Below, piece by piece: positions 9,782 to 20,127 of a DNA stretch of 64,000 nt. Every line of letters begins with the position of its first letter. Position 1 is the stretch's first letter. The position numbers and the translations under genes are program-made. The notes beneath the pieces are model-generated. The model did no database searches. It was not told the origin of the DNA and saw only the letters and a list, made by a program, of their open reading frames with translations. Source of the DNA: a virus; the IMG/VR virus record IMGVR_UViG_3300050821_005035, positions 1 to 64,000 of that record; one strand, written 5' to 3'.

Positions 9782-10128
9782 TAAATTTTCCCCGACACGT
9801 AGTCGTGGTATCTATTGAGCGCGTCCTGGAGACACTTCTCCGCATTTTTGGTCAGTTCCCTCTCGTGCTGGACCGCGAATTTCAACACCTGGTTTTCTTC
9901 AACTAGCCGCTGATAATCAGCAGACGACTTCTTCGACTCCTCGATCAGCGTACTTAAAGGCCCCAGGTTCACCGGGTAGAACCTTCCGTTAACCCAGAAG
10001 CCCAGCTGTGCCTCTACCTCGCATAAAACGCCGTGGCTGTTCACCGAACGCCAGTCGACGCACTCGAACTGCTTCGCGTGAGGCTCTCCCGATTGCATGC
10101 AGATTCCCTGCTCTCTAAGGTCTGTCAT
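9781..10128 (-). CDS. Hypothetical protein with C-PH-C-DW motif and coiled coil
   Basis: GAGGAG RBS; coupled ORF. Confidence 0.6.
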   Translation of the reverse strand: MTDLREQGICMQSGEPHAKQFECVDWRSVNSHGVLCEVEAQLGFWVNGRFYPVNLGPLSTLIEESKKSSADYQRLVEENQVLKFAVQHERELTKNAEKCLQDALNRYHDYVSGKI

Positions 10129-10410
10129 CGTCTCTCCTCTTTCATAAAATTCGTGTCCATGAACTTCTCTGCTGCGATCTTCAAAGCGGCTTCCATCTGG
10201 TCGTCCGTCGCTCCGGTCTTCTTTTGAACGTCGTCGTAGATATCTTGAATGCTCTTCTCAATCGCTTCCCAGCTGAAATTTGAGTAGTCTTCCATCATTC
10301 TCCTCTCTTAAATCTGTCTATGAAGTGCTTGCACATCTTGCTCCACGCCCAGTCCTCCAGCCGACTCTCACTCTTGCTGAGGACGTAAATCCACTTGTAG
10401 AAAAAGAATC

Positions 10411-11307
10411 TCATATTGTGAACCCCAGTCCTGCGCGCTTTGCCCAATCCTTACGTTCTTGAATCTGCGCGCCCATCTTAGTGTACTTCTCTGTTTGGTC
10501 AGAGGCCGCGTGTCCGGCCCAAAACTTGGTCAACATCTGTGGTACGTTCTCACCTTGAAGGTGGGTGATGCGGAACCGGCGCATCGAGTGGAAGCCGTGG
10601 ATGCCCAGTTCCTCTATTCGGCGCCGCAAAGTGCGCTCCGAGGAGCTAAATATTCGCCCTTCGCGATTCGCGAACTGCGAACACATAAACTCGTTCAGTC
10701 TGCTGTCCAGGTCCACAACCCGAGTTCCGGCCTTCGTCTTGGTCGAGTTCTGGACGCTGCCCTTAACCATCGTGGTGCGGATGGTCAAAGTCTTGACCTC
10801 CGGGTCCCAGAAGCTGTTGACCTGGTCGTCCGGCCCTACCATCAAGGAAAGCGCCTCCCCGACCCGCAGGCCGGTCCCAGCGAGTAAAGCTATCAGACCA
10901 CCCAATTCACCCTTCAGGCTCGCCACGGCGCTGGAAAGGGCCTTCGCGGTGGCAATTGGGGCCTTCTGGGTGGTTGGGTCGACCTTGGGCGCGTCGATGA
11001 AGCCGGTGTTCCACGTCCGGGGGTATAACTGGTCGCCCTCGTCGTTCACAGCCGACTTGACGACCTGTTTCAAAAGGCTGACCGCCAGGTTTATCGTGGC
11101 CGGACTCAACCCCGCCAGGACCAGCTGGCCGACCAGTACCTTGGCCGCCTTGTTGGTGATGTTCACCAGGTCAAGCTGACCGACCTGGGGGAGGATGCGG
11201 CGGTCTAGCAGGGACCGGTAAACGGCGATAGTGTTCCTCTTGACCGGGTCACACTGCCGGGTCGCGATCTCGTTCATGAAGCATTCAGCTTGGGTTTGGA
11301 ATGTCAT
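10411..11307 (-). CDS. int: Tyrosine recombinase/integrase
   Basis: GTGLRVGEA (R), TKTK (K), HSMRR (HxxR), WAGH, EKY; core-binding N-terminal domain. Confidence 0.9.
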   Translation of the reverse strand: MTFQTQAECFMNEIATRQCDPVKRNTIAVYRSLLDRRILPQVGQLDLVNITNKAAKVLVGQLVLAGLSPATINLAVSLLKQVVKSAVNDEGDQLYPRTWNTGFIDAPKVDPTTQKAPIATAKALSSAVASLKGELGGLIALLAGTGLRVGEALSLMVGPDDQVNSFWDPEVKTLTIRTTMVKGSVQNSTKTKAGTRVVDLDSRLNEFMCSQFANREGRIFSSSERTLRRRIEELGIHGFHSMRRFRITHLQGENVPQMLTKFWAGHAASDQTEKYTKMGAQIQERKDWAKRAGLGFTI

Positions 11308-11322
11308 ATAATCTCCAAGGCA

Positions 11323-11351
11323 ACTGTCTCACACTTTCGAATACTTGTCAA
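11323..11351 (-). promoter_or_regulatory. Putative integrase promoter
   Basis: TTGACA-17 bp-GACAGT with TGn; GGAGA RBS. Confidence 0.55.
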
Positions 11352-11354
11352 GGG

Positions 11355-11384
11355 AAAAATGAGGCGGCAGCTTCGCCGCCCCCT
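11355..11384 (-). terminator. Intrinsic terminator
   Basis: GGCGGC-GAAGCT-GCCGCC hairpin followed by CATTTTT on minus strand. Confidence 0.6.
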
Positions 11385-11386
11385 GA

Positions 11387-11575
11387 CTATTTGCCTGGGA
11401 TAGCGAGGCAGTAAGGGATGTTCCACGGAATCGGAAGCAGCAGACAAGGCAGCACGTTCGGGTTCGAAGGCTGCTCTCCCTCCACCGTCGGTGGGGGCGC
11501 TGTCCCGTTTGCGAGCATCGGTTTGGTTGAGAACAGAAACATAACTGCCAGAACTACCGCGAGCGACTTTTTCAT
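11387..11575 (-). CDS. Small secreted peptide
   Basis: AGGAGG RBS; signal peptide MKKSLAVVLAVMFLFSTKPMLA; Pro-rich; two Cys. Confidence 0.7.
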   Translation of the reverse strand: MKKSLAVVLAVMFLFSTKPMLANGTAPPPTVEGEQPSNPNVLPCLLLPIPWNIPYCLAIPGK

Positions 11576-11583
11576 AGTTCCTC

Positions 11584-11760
11584 CTAGATTTTACTTCTAC
11601 TTGGCCTGACTAATATCGTGACGTGGTACCTCGACACCCGGACCATGTGGGTCCCGTAAATCGCGTCGATCAGCCGGGCGGTGTACATCCCGACGGTGAG
11701 AAATATGGCGACGGTAATCAGCGTGGCGGCTAAGTAGATCAGTGCGCGGGTGTGTTTCAT
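11584..11760 (-). CDS. Small membrane protein
   Basis: AGGAGG RBS before MKHTRAL; one hydrophobic helix. Confidence 0.6.
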   Translation of the reverse strand: MKHTRALIYLAATLITVAIFLTVGMYTARLIDAIYGTHMVRVSRYHVTILVRPSRSKI

Positions 11761-11923
11761 TGGTCCTCCTGAGGACAGAACTTGTGCTTGAAGCATCTGT
11801 CTTGACAGGCCCGGTCACCGCGCGCACACTGATTGTGGCACTGCGACTGGATGTAGACCACGGTGAACGCCCACACGAGTATGCAGGCGCCTATGAACAA
11901 CGACAAGCCTAAGAAGTGCTTTT

Positions 11924-12316
11924 TCATATGCGGGTTCCAAATAAGTAATCACCGAGCGGCAGCCAGACGTTCCAGTTTCCCTCTTTCAAATCCGCGTGGT
12001 GGGTCATGTGGTGACCCCTCAAGTGGAACCTATGAATCAAAAGATGGACAGCCTCCAGCATGACGAAGTAGTAGAACGTGAACACCGCCAACGGCAACCA
12101 GCCTAGGGGCGCGAAGAGCAGCGCGTTTCCGCCGATAAGCAGCGTGGCGAGCAGCGCGCCTCTCAGGTTGTGGACGAAGAGCACCGTGTGACTGGAGTCG
12201 TTGTGGTGACCGGAGTGCTGGTTCCACAGCCAGCCGTGGAGCATCCACCGGTGAATCGCGTACTCTAATAGGTTGGCGTAAACGAGGAGGCCGATGATCT
12301 CTAATACTGTTTTCAC
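11924..12316 (-). CDS. Fatty acid hydroxylase/sterol desaturase family protein
   Basis: His boxes EYAIHRWMLH, HSGHH, HLLIH, HMTHH and terminal NWNV..PLGDYLFGT. Confidence 0.85.
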   Translation of the reverse strand: MKTVLEIIGLLVYANLLEYAIHRWMLHGWLWNQHSGHHNDSSHTVLFVHNLRGALLATLLIGGNALLFAPLGWLPLAVFTFYYFVMLEAVHLLIHRFHLRGHHMTHHADLKEGNWNVWLPLGDYLFGTRI

Positions 12317-12473
12317 TTGCCCCTCGCGTTCTGGTTTACAAATTCGACATCGCTTAAGTGCTTTTGCTTATCTGCCAAGTTCTGCCAGTGTCGGGCGGCT
12401 GCTTCGGCAAAATTCTGCGACACTACCGCGCGAAGGTTCATCTCCCGCCAGGTCAGGATTACTTTGTCCGGTC

Positions 12474-13459
12474 TCACTTTGCCTCCTGTTTCAACGCGTT
12501 CGTGGCCGGGAGCAGTGCCTCGTAGAGGTCACACGCGGCGTCGTAACCCAGCCTGCCGGTCAGATACTCGTACCAGATCGCGACCTTGACGCGAAGCAGC
12601 GTCATTGACTCCATTGTTTTAATCACTGATTTCCCCCCTAACTTCCACCTCGACAACCTTGGCCGCGTAACGTGCTGCGTTCATAGCCTTCTTGCGGGCC
12701 GTCCATGCTGCGTGTGCTGCGGGGTTCTTCCTCTTCGTGTGTGACTTTGAATCGTTGCTCTTCGTCTTGGTGTTCATCTTATCTCCCTTGCCTCGAATAG
12801 TAATCTTCCATGATGATATCGTTCCACTCATAGATAATCGCGTTCACCTTGTCTATGGCAATTTGTACGTTTCTTCTCAATTGTTTGGCCATGTTGCTTT
12901 CAAGATAATCTTCTAACAACTTTTCTTGCCGCTTGCACTTCTTGCTGGCTATATTTTGTCGTCTTTGGCAGTCTGCAAGTCTTTCCTGTTTTGTCATACG
13001 GCCTCCAGCCAGCTTATAAAAGATTTCCACTTCACAGACTTCGTGTCGATGATTCTCATTGTTCCCTCTCGGTAGAAAGCGCGTCATGAATCTCCCGGCG
13101 AACTTCGTTGCGGCCCTTCGCCAAGGCGGCTTGCACCAGCCGGTAGGTGAAGTAGTCGAGGTTCCGGCGTTCCGGGGCGCAGTTGTCGATACTGACTATG
13201 ACGTAGGTCAAAAATTTTCCTTCAGATACCTCTTCCGTCTTCGCTTCAAATAGCCTCATTCGCCCTCCACTTTATCCAGCCACTTTATAAATGTCTCCCA
13301 CTTCGGAGAGTTCGTGTCGACGTAGTTCGTAACGCCCGAGTTCGGCCACTCGATGTTTACCACTGGCCCAACTTTGACAACCGTTCCTATTTCGAATCCC
13401 TCACCCTCCAGCCGTACCCGGGCGCCGAGAGGTAATTTTGCTAGTTGTTCTGAAGTCAT
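12474..13459 (-). other. Run of short coupled hypothetical ORFs (12474-~12626, 12619-12777, 12779-12997, 13056-13259, 13256-13459)
   Basis: Overlapping stop/start codons and GGAG-type RBSs. Confidence 0.6.
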
Positions 13460-13938
13460 GGCATCTGCTCCGAGTAGTTGTCGATGATAAGTTCCCGGAA
13501 CGCGCCCTGCGTGTCCAGGTTAATCATGCACGCGCGCCAAGCACGACCGTGGTCGACCTGCTGGCCCAGCGTCATGTCGTGCATCCAAGTTTTTACGTGG
13601 CACTGCTCGTGGAGCATCGTTTGGTCTGCGATACGGGGCGCGGCGACGTATTTCGGATTGAAGTGGATAACGCAGCTGCCGTCCGGCTCGCACATCGTGC
13701 TAGCCATATTTCCCTGGTCCGGTTCCAGTAGGTCGATAACGACGTCCTGGGTCAGCTTGTTTTGGAAGTAGCCCTCGTTGTAGTCGGCGTAGATGTGCTT
13801 CAAGTAGTCGACGGTGGTGGTGCCGTCGGCGGGCGCGGGGATGCTGACCCAGTGTTGCTGGGAGCAGCCGCCGAGCCAAAACCATATAAACGCCAGCAAG
13901 ATTGTGAGGAGAACCTTTTCTCTAAGACTCAGTTTCAT
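13456..13938 (-). CDS. SprT-like zinc metalloprotease with lipoprotein signal
   Basis: LGGC lipobox after hydrophobic leader; TMLHEQCH...HGRAW. Confidence 0.75.
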   Translation of the reverse strand: MKLSLREKVLLTILLAFIWFWLGGCSQQHWVSIPAPADGTTTVDYLKHIYADYNEGYFQNKLTQDVVIDLLEPDQGNMASTMCEPDGSCVIHFNPKYVAAPRIADQTMLHEQCHVKTWMHDMTLGQQVDHGRAWRACMINLDTQGAFRELIIDNYSEQMP

Positions 13939-15335
13939 CTTTTACCTCTTCCTCAAGTCGGATGATGTCTTGATGCTCGTACAGGCTATCAGAGTTTTGG
14001 TCGGTTGTCAAGGGAAATAATTCGACCTCGGGAAGTTTCGGCTGGGTGAGCAGTGGCGAGTCCGACGGCAGGACTACGAATTTAGGCTTCACCATAACCC
14101 ACTCGTGGGTCTCCGAGTCCTCCCGGTAGATCACGGCCTCCGCGACGTTGTAGCGGTTCGGGACGGTCTCGTCCGGCTTCAAGACGACGCGCGCATCCCG
14201 AACGCTGCCACCGGGCTGGTAGCCGACGATCACTTGGTTGACCCGAAGAAAGAAGCAAGCCAAAGGATTGAGAATACGACTATGCAGAAACCAAGTGATA
14301 CGATGCCATCTTTATCGTGGACCCACACGAAGTGAAGGAACGATATAAGTGCCTCGATTATTAGCAGAGTTAGAAGTCCGTTGAACCACTGCGCGCTTTT
14401 CATTGTCGGTCATCCTTGTGCGCCCAAAGAAAGTCCACGATCTCCTGGGTGCAGTTGACGTCGAAGATCGCGTTGTTCAAAGTGCCCCAAACGTACTTTC
14501 TCCAAGTGGGGCGGTACTCAATGAAGCCTAGTTGTCCCGCGTTGGAACCCTGCGCGGCGGCAACGTTCACAATTATCCACCGACACGTCTTATTGCCAGG
14601 ATTGGCGACAGGTTCAAACCGTAGATGTGCCATCTGTTCCCTCGTCTGGGAGCGTTGGTCCCTCGATGATATTTTTCAAAGACGTGTTCGCTGCGGCCAA
14701 CTCCAAGTTCGCCGCGTCCAAGCTGCGGAGGACGGCTGCGGTCGCCTGTTGGCTAGGATAAATTCCAGACTTCAAGTCGATGCGGAGTAGGCGAATCAGT
14801 TCCTCGTCCGGGATGACCTGCTTCGCTGTCTTCTCTTCTGTACGGCCTTGTGATTTTGACATGTTTCCTCCTGAATTTTAAACTTGAAACCAATCCTTGC
14901 AATCTCTGTTCTTCGGGTGCGGCGTGAAGTGCGTCTTGCACGCTCCCAGCGCGACCGCTTCCTGTTCGAACACATACGCGGTATAGCTTTGCTTGTCCCC
15001 GGTCTTTACCACGGTCATATCGTAAAAGCCGCCACCGATAGACCTGACCGCGTCCACTTCGATGCCGCCTATCAGATATCGCACTGTTCGTTCTCATAAT
15101 CGTGGTCGACGTCGTCGTAAAAACTGTCGTCCATACTATATTGAGAGTCCGCGTTCGCCTTGACCAGTTCGAAATCTTTGACCGAGTAGTCGGCGGTGAA
15201 GCTGATATTAGACCGGAGCGCCTCCGCGTGCAAGTCGTTCAACTCATTGAACGCGTCCACGGGTGTGGTCAGTCCGGCCTCCACCGATGCGATGATTCCT
15301 AAAAAGTTTCTCTGCACTGTCGTCAACGATAGCAT
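13922..15335 (-). other. Run of short hypothetical ORFs (13922-~14233, small membrane ORF ending ~14230, 14400-14633, 14614-14862, 14878-15084, 15072-15335)
   Basis: Coupled ORFs with RBSs downstream of promoter 15360-15388. Confidence 0.6.
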
Positions 15336-15359
15336 TAAGCCCTCCTGATGAACGATCTC

Positions 15360-15388
15360 ACCCTACCACAATAAAGCTGAACTGTCAA
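15360..15388 (-). promoter_or_regulatory. Sigma70-type promoter
   Basis: TTGACA-17 bp-TAGGGT with TGn. Confidence 0.55.
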
Positions 15389-15474
15389 GAACAAAATTCC
15401 TGGGTCGCTGCCGACCAGCAAACGGAAGAGATTGGGGATGATACCGTGCTGAGGGCAAAAGAAAACTTCGTACA

Positions 15475-15813
15475 TTAGTATTTCTTTCCGTGCTTGTAAG
15501 GTCTGGACTCGTTGAACTCAATCTTCGCAATAACAGCCCGAGCTACATCTAGATCGAAGTGATGCGCTGCGTCCATAATTCGAATGATGACGTCCGCGAA
15601 CTCTTCCTCGACACCGCTGAACTCCGGTATGTGATCGCTAGGAGGGTCGCCGTGTCGGTTAGCCTCCAACGCCTCGGATAACTCCGCGTGCATCAGCGCG
15701 ATAACTTCGCCGAAGTTTTTCGGTTCCTCGTGGAAGCCGTGGGCCTTGGAGCACTCATAAGCCCTGCGTTCCTTGACCTGAAAAGATGCAACAAATGAAT
15801 CTTGGAATGTCAT
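15475..15813 (-). CDS. MazG-like NTP pyrophosphohydrolase
   Basis: LMHAELSEALEA...EEEFADVIIRIMD...KIEFNESRPYKHG. Confidence 0.85.
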   Translation of the reverse strand: MTFQDSFVASFQVKERRAYECSKAHGFHEEPKNFGEVIALMHAELSEALEANRHGDPPSDHIPEFSGVEEEFADVIIRIMDAAHHFDLDVARAVIAKIEFNESRPYKHGKKY

Positions 15814-16062
15814 TACATTATCCTCACTGCGACCATAATCCCGGTCGCGCTTACCCAGTACAATACCCGTTTCCAGTCGCCTTGAAGGCCGTAGCCGATT
15901 GCCGCCAAGACGTCTAGCACTATTCCTGCGGAGACAAAGAAATTGCCCCAGTTGATCGAGTACAGATTCATGGGCGCTCCCTTAGCCTTGCGGAGATTAT
16001 AACGAACAAGTTCATCCCGTGAAGGACTATAGCCGTTGCGATGAAGAGCGCAAAGAAGGTGC

Positions 16063-16398
16063 TCATCGGGGGTACGAGTTCAGCTTCGCAAAAGGGTTTT
16101 CCAGTGTCTTGGTATTTTCCAAGACGGTGAGTAGAATCGCGCCGAGTCCGACGGTCAGTCCGGCTTGGGCCACGGGCGGCTTGCCGGAGTATTCTTTCCG
16201 AATGACCTTCTTCAAAACCTTCACGAGTTGGCCGTGAGACAATAAAGGCAACGTGCGACCGAACGCCTCCACACGATCTCGTTCCACTTTGGCTTCCGCT
16301 TGGGCCTTCAACTTCGCGGCCTGGAGGGCTGCGAACTCTTCCTGGGTCAGGGGTGTTGCTGGCTTCTGGGACTTCTTGTAAGGCTTTTTATCGCTCAT
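16063..16398 (-). CDS. Hypothetical protein
   Basis: GGGAG RBS; coupled ORF. Confidence 0.6.
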   Translation of the reverse strand: MSDKKPYKKSQKPATPLTQEEFAALQAAKLKAQAEAKVERDRVEAFGRTLPLLSHGQLVKVLKKVIRKEYSGKPPVAQAGLTVGLGAILLTVLENTKTLENPFAKLNSYPR

Positions 16399-16873
16399 GG
16401 TTTACTCCCTTTGATGGAATCATTTCACCGCCGTTACCGTCTACTAAATGCCCGTCTACAACCGAAACAAATTCAAAAACTCCGTGCGGGTCGTGGTCTC
16501 CTCCAAAAATGATCTCCACGATGTCGCGGGTCCAGTTCGTTGGACAAGTGTGCTCGTCGTAGAAATACTGCTGATGGCTCGCGTAGTCTTCCGCCGAATC
16601 TTCCTGACTGTGAGAATACTTCCAGGTGTTCAGCTTCAAGGTTATCTTTGGCTCTGTGATTGACTGCAGGGTCACGGTCACGGGGGTTTGTTTCCGTCCG
16701 TTGGATGTGACCTCGAAATCGCTGTAGGTAAGCCGTTCGATACTCGACTCGTTGTAACACTTGTCGCAGGACCACGTGGTCTTGAATCCGACATTGATTT
16801 GGTCGGCACGCCACTTGCCCTTGGTGCAGCTAGAGCATGGGATGTACAGTTGAATCTTGGCTTGAACTATCAC
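16388..16873 (-). CDS. Cys-rich hypothetical protein
   Basis: GGGAGG RBS; CxxC pairs; FYDEHTCPTNW. Confidence 0.65.
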   Translation of the reverse strand: MIVQAKIQLYIPCSSCTKGKWRADQINVGFKTTWSCDKCYNESSIERLTYSDFEVTSNGRKQTPVTVTLQSITEPKITLKLNTWKYSHSQEDSAEDYASHQQYFYDEHTCPTNWTRDIVEIIFGGDHDPHGVFEFVSVVDGHLVDGNGGEMIPSKGVNHER

Positions 16874-17044
16874 GTAACCTCCCGTCTAAGATAAGTTCTT
16901 CAAACTTCCCGGCCCGGTTCTTCCACTTCCAAACTTCCTCTGAATCGAAAAAGACCGCCTTGTGTTTGCACACGTAGCACTGATGGCAACGGGAGCACAT
17001 CCATATGTACTCCCCCGCGTTGCCTTGCAGCTTGCAGTTGTGGG

Positions 17045-17440
17045 TCACGCCCACACCGCAAACGTGTCCGGCTCGAAGCACCTGATATTTTCCTGGTGCC
17101 TCTTATACTCGGCGTGAGGGATTCTCTTCGCCTTATGAAAGTGCTCCGTCCAAAAGATTCGTCCGGTGCGGAGCACACCTTCCAGATACTTAGGCGACTT
17201 CTCCCTGACCAGGGCCACGAACATCGGGTGGATATCGACGTTGATATTGTCGATGAAATCTTTGCCGTTGGTCTCGTTGTAATCTTGCATATAAACCGTC
17301 GCCAGTTCGTCCAGGTCGTGTCTCCAAGGAACTTCCTTGACCTTGTCCTCGGTCCAGTAGACGGCGTCCGGCTGTCCTTGATCGCGAATTTTGAGGTAGT
17401 TGTCCAGGTACTTTTGGGCCACCGTGTGAATTTCCGACAT
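17045..17440 (-). CDS. Hypothetical protein
   Basis: GAGGAG RBS before MSEIH; downstream of promoter 17481-17509. Confidence 0.65.
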   Translation of the reverse strand: MSEIHTVAQKYLDNYLKIRDQGQPDAVYWTEDKVKEVPWRHDLDELATVYMQDYNETNGKDFIDNINVDIHPMFVALVREKSPKYLEGVLRTGRIFWTEHFHKAKRIPHAEYKRHQENIRCFEPDTFAVWA

Positions 17441-17480
17441 GCTCCTCTTTTCAGGTTCGTTAGAACCACCATCTGTAAAG

Positions 17481-17509
17481 AGAGTATCAGAGTTCCTCGG
17501 ACTTGTCAA
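17481..17509 (-). promoter_or_regulatory. Sigma70-type promoter
   Basis: TTGACA-17 bp-TACTCT with TGn. Confidence 0.65.
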
Positions 17510-18011
17510 GTGTTATTTTTTCACACCAGATACACATCGCAAAAGGAACTAGTAGCTCGTAGAAATAGACAGGGCACGCGCAGATGATGCACTTCTCATC
17601 GGGTGGAGGGGGAGGGACGTACTTGTTAACCTGGGGCGGTTGGGGGGAGAGGTCTTCCTTGTCGATATAGCCTTTCTCGGGGATGACCAGAGCGTGCTTG
17701 ATCTGTTGTACTACGTCACGCTTCTTCTTTACGGACTTGGTGTACTCTTTCGCTTCGGCCTTGATCTTCGAATTCTTGGCCTCCATCTCCGAGATGGACG
17801 CGTAGTTGGCCTTAGCCTCTGCGGTTATTGTTAAACCGCTCGGCGGACGGTTCTCTCTCAGCTTCTGTAGCGGCGCGGCCTTGGATGTCCACCAGACCCA
17901 CGCGCCCGTGCTCATGTCGGGCTTGAATCCGGCAGCTTTGACGGCGCTTAAATCTCCGGAAAAATCTTGAGAGAATTCGGCCTCAAAACGATTATTCCAA
18001 CGGAGGTTCAT
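17487..18011 (-). CDS. Hypothetical protein, C-terminal CxxC...CxxC
   Basis: ATGA-coupled start MNLRW; VKAAGFK..WWT segment. Confidence 0.6.
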   Translation of the reverse strand: MNLRWNNRFEAEFSQDFSGDLSAVKAAGFKPDMSTGAWVWWTSKAAPLQKLRENRPPSGLTITAEAKANYASISEMEAKNSKIKAEAKEYTKSVKKKRDVVQQIKHALVIPEKGYIDKEDLSPQPPQVNKYVPPPPPDEKCIICACPVYFYELLVPFAMCIWCEKITLDKSEEL

Positions 18012-18839
18012 ACCTGCTCGACGTAACGGGCGAACCCCTTCATGGCTAACTGGTCTAGGGTGTAATGATTCAAGTGCCCGCAGTCGTACCAACCGCCCCC
18101 ACAAACGGGGCACGGAATCTTGGCCAGCAATTCCAAGGGCGGCTTACCGATCACGCGGACGACCAGATTATCCGCCTGGTTGATTCTAAAGACCCGCCGT
18201 ATCATCCGCCTAAGTTTGGGGATCATAATTCCAGCGCGTTTCTCGTCAGCTGCAGCTTGCGGCGCAGGTCGGCGTTCTCTTTCAAGAGGTCGTCCATAGC
18301 CTGGTCCAAAATTTGCCACTGCTCCAAGACTCGGACAGCGATAGTGGTATCGCCTCCAGACTTCTCCACATCCGAGGCCGCGTGCTCCAGTTCTGAGCCT
18401 AGCCAACCTTGGGCGAACATGATTGTTTTTATGTCGTGTCTCATTTTTACAGTCCCATCCTTTTGCGTCGTTCCGGGTCGTTGAAATCCTTCTTGTCCCG
18501 GTCGTCCATTTCCTTGAAGTAGTTCCTGTTCTTCATCAAGTAGTTCGCGTACAGCGCGTACCACATATCATAACAAAGCAAACAAACAGGATGATTGGCG
18601 GCGCCGTACACCTGCTTGCACGTGCATGCTGTATCCTTGCAAATGAAGACCAGTTCTCTCACGGCCTTCTCGTCCCTAGACACAGTCGCGTCGCAGATTG
18701 TGCAGCGGGTCTTCAAGACCATACGGACCCGGTCGTACTCGTGACAGTTTAAAAACTGGGTCCTCCCGGTCTCCGGGTGCTTCAGCCCGGGAATCCAGGA
18801 GACGATTGTTGCCATCCACGCCTTACCCATTGTTATCAT
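18008..18839 (-). other. Three short hypothetical ORFs (18008-18226, 18223-18444, 18447-18839)
   Basis: Coupled ORFs; two Cys-rich. Confidence 0.55.
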
Positions 18840-19312
18840 CAGCTGTTGATGCGCCTTACCCAGCCGCTGACGAAGACGCTCGTCTCTGGCTTGTTGTTGA
18901 CCACGTTCATGCAGTGGTTTATTAAAATCGTGCGGTACGCGGGGAGCAGGTTCGCGTTCTGGTTCACGGCAGACAGCGTGCCGGGGCCGAACTCGCCGTC
19001 GGTGACCAGACTGACTTTGTTCACCAGCGTGATCTGCAGCATCTTGACAGCGGTCTTGACTCCGAAGAGCACGCCCATATCGAAAAGTTTTTCAGCTATC
19101 GCCTGGTCGACGATCTGGGTGTAGAACTGGTTCCAGTAATGCGCAGCGTAATAAGCAATGGCGTGTTCCTGGGTAACGGTTTTCATATCGACTCCAGGCA
19201 TGTCGGCTTGGGTGATGCCGTATTTCGTAGCCCCTCCTGGGTCGTTCGGGCTGTCAACGAATCCACCCTCGTGAATTAAGGTTTTCTGAACAGCCTGAGT
19301 AAAGTCTGCCAT
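18839..19312 (-). CDS. Endolysin, glycoside hydrolase family 108
   Basis: HEGGFVDSPNDPGGATKYGIT; DGEFGPGT; GWVRR; RBS GAGGAG before MADF. Confidence 0.9.
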   Translation of the reverse strand: MADFTQAVQKTLIHEGGFVDSPNDPGGATKYGITQADMPGVDMKTVTQEHAIAYYAAHYWNQFYTQIVDQAIAEKLFDMGVLFGVKTAVKMLQITLVNKVSLVTDGEFGPGTLSAVNQNANLLPAYRTILINHCMNVVNNKPETSVFVSGWVRRINS

Positions 19313-20073
19313 AGTGATCTCCTCTCGATTTTGAATTCGGAAGTCTGACGGCCCTTCCAGTTGGTGCCCATCCCGGCGTCTTCCGACTCCAAGTGGTAGC
19401 ATACAATTTCTGGAACAAATCCGCGCCTGCCGCGAGGCCACTGCTTAGCGAACAGCATATCAGTGCGGCCCGCGTCGCTGTGCGCCTTCGGGTAACGGTA
19501 AACGCTGCTGACCCAAGGGTGCCACAGCTGGAAGAATCCTATCGGTATCCACCCGGTATCGTGCGCCATGACTCGGGTCGCGATATCGAACTCGCAGTTG
19601 TTCAAGTGGATGTAAGCCTCGTCCTCGTGTTGAAGCTTGGGGGAGTGGAGGAAGTTGCCCCACGCTCGGGCGCCCTTGACGTTGAAACGGTCGGAGCCGT
19701 AAATCATACCCTTATCGAGGCAGGCGCGCTCTAAAAGTCTTCGGGTTTGGGGAGGGAGCCAGATGTCTGCGTCCAAGTGTAGGACCCAGCCGTCCAGGTC
19801 GAGGTGAGAGAGGCCGAGGTCGATAGCGTCGCCCTTGAACATCCCGGGGTCGCTCAGCTGGGGGCATATCACGCACTGGACGTGGTAGAACTCGCACAGC
19901 TTCCGGGTCTTACGATCTTCCTTGCTGGTGACCACCACCAGCTTATCGAACAGTTGTTTGTTGTTGGGGAGGGTGTAAGCGAGGAAGTCAGAATATTCCC
20001 GGCACACGATCACGCACTCTAGCTTGAAGTTCTTTTCTCTCTTCTCTTCTCCGCACTTTTCCATATGATACAT
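19276..20073 (-). CDS. GT-A glycosyltransferase
   Basis: WVLHLDADI; GFFQLW; D..F...W; HLE. Confidence 0.75.
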   Translation of the reverse strand: MYHMEKCGEEKREKNFKLECVIVCREYSDFLAYTLPNNKQLFDKLVVVTSKEDRKTRKLCEFYHVQCVICPQLSDPGMFKGDAIDLGLSHLDLDGWVLHLDADIWLPPQTRRLLERACLDKGMIYGSDRFNVKGARAWGNFLHSPKLQHEDEAYIHLNNCEFDIATRVMAHDTGWIPIGFFQLWHPWVSSVYRYPKAHSDAGRTDMLFAKQWPRGRRGFVPEIVCYHLESEDAGMGTNWKGRQTSEFKIERRSLWQTLLRLFRKP

Positions 20074-20098
20074 CCGGCCCCCTATTAGCGACTCCCTT

Positions 20099-20127
20099 AC
20101 CGTATCACACTTTCGGAAATTTGTCAA
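20099..20127 (-). promoter_or_regulatory. Sigma70-type promoter
   Basis: TTGACA-17 bp-TACGGT with TGn; spacer shares CGAAAGTGTGA with the integrase promoter. Confidence 0.6.
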
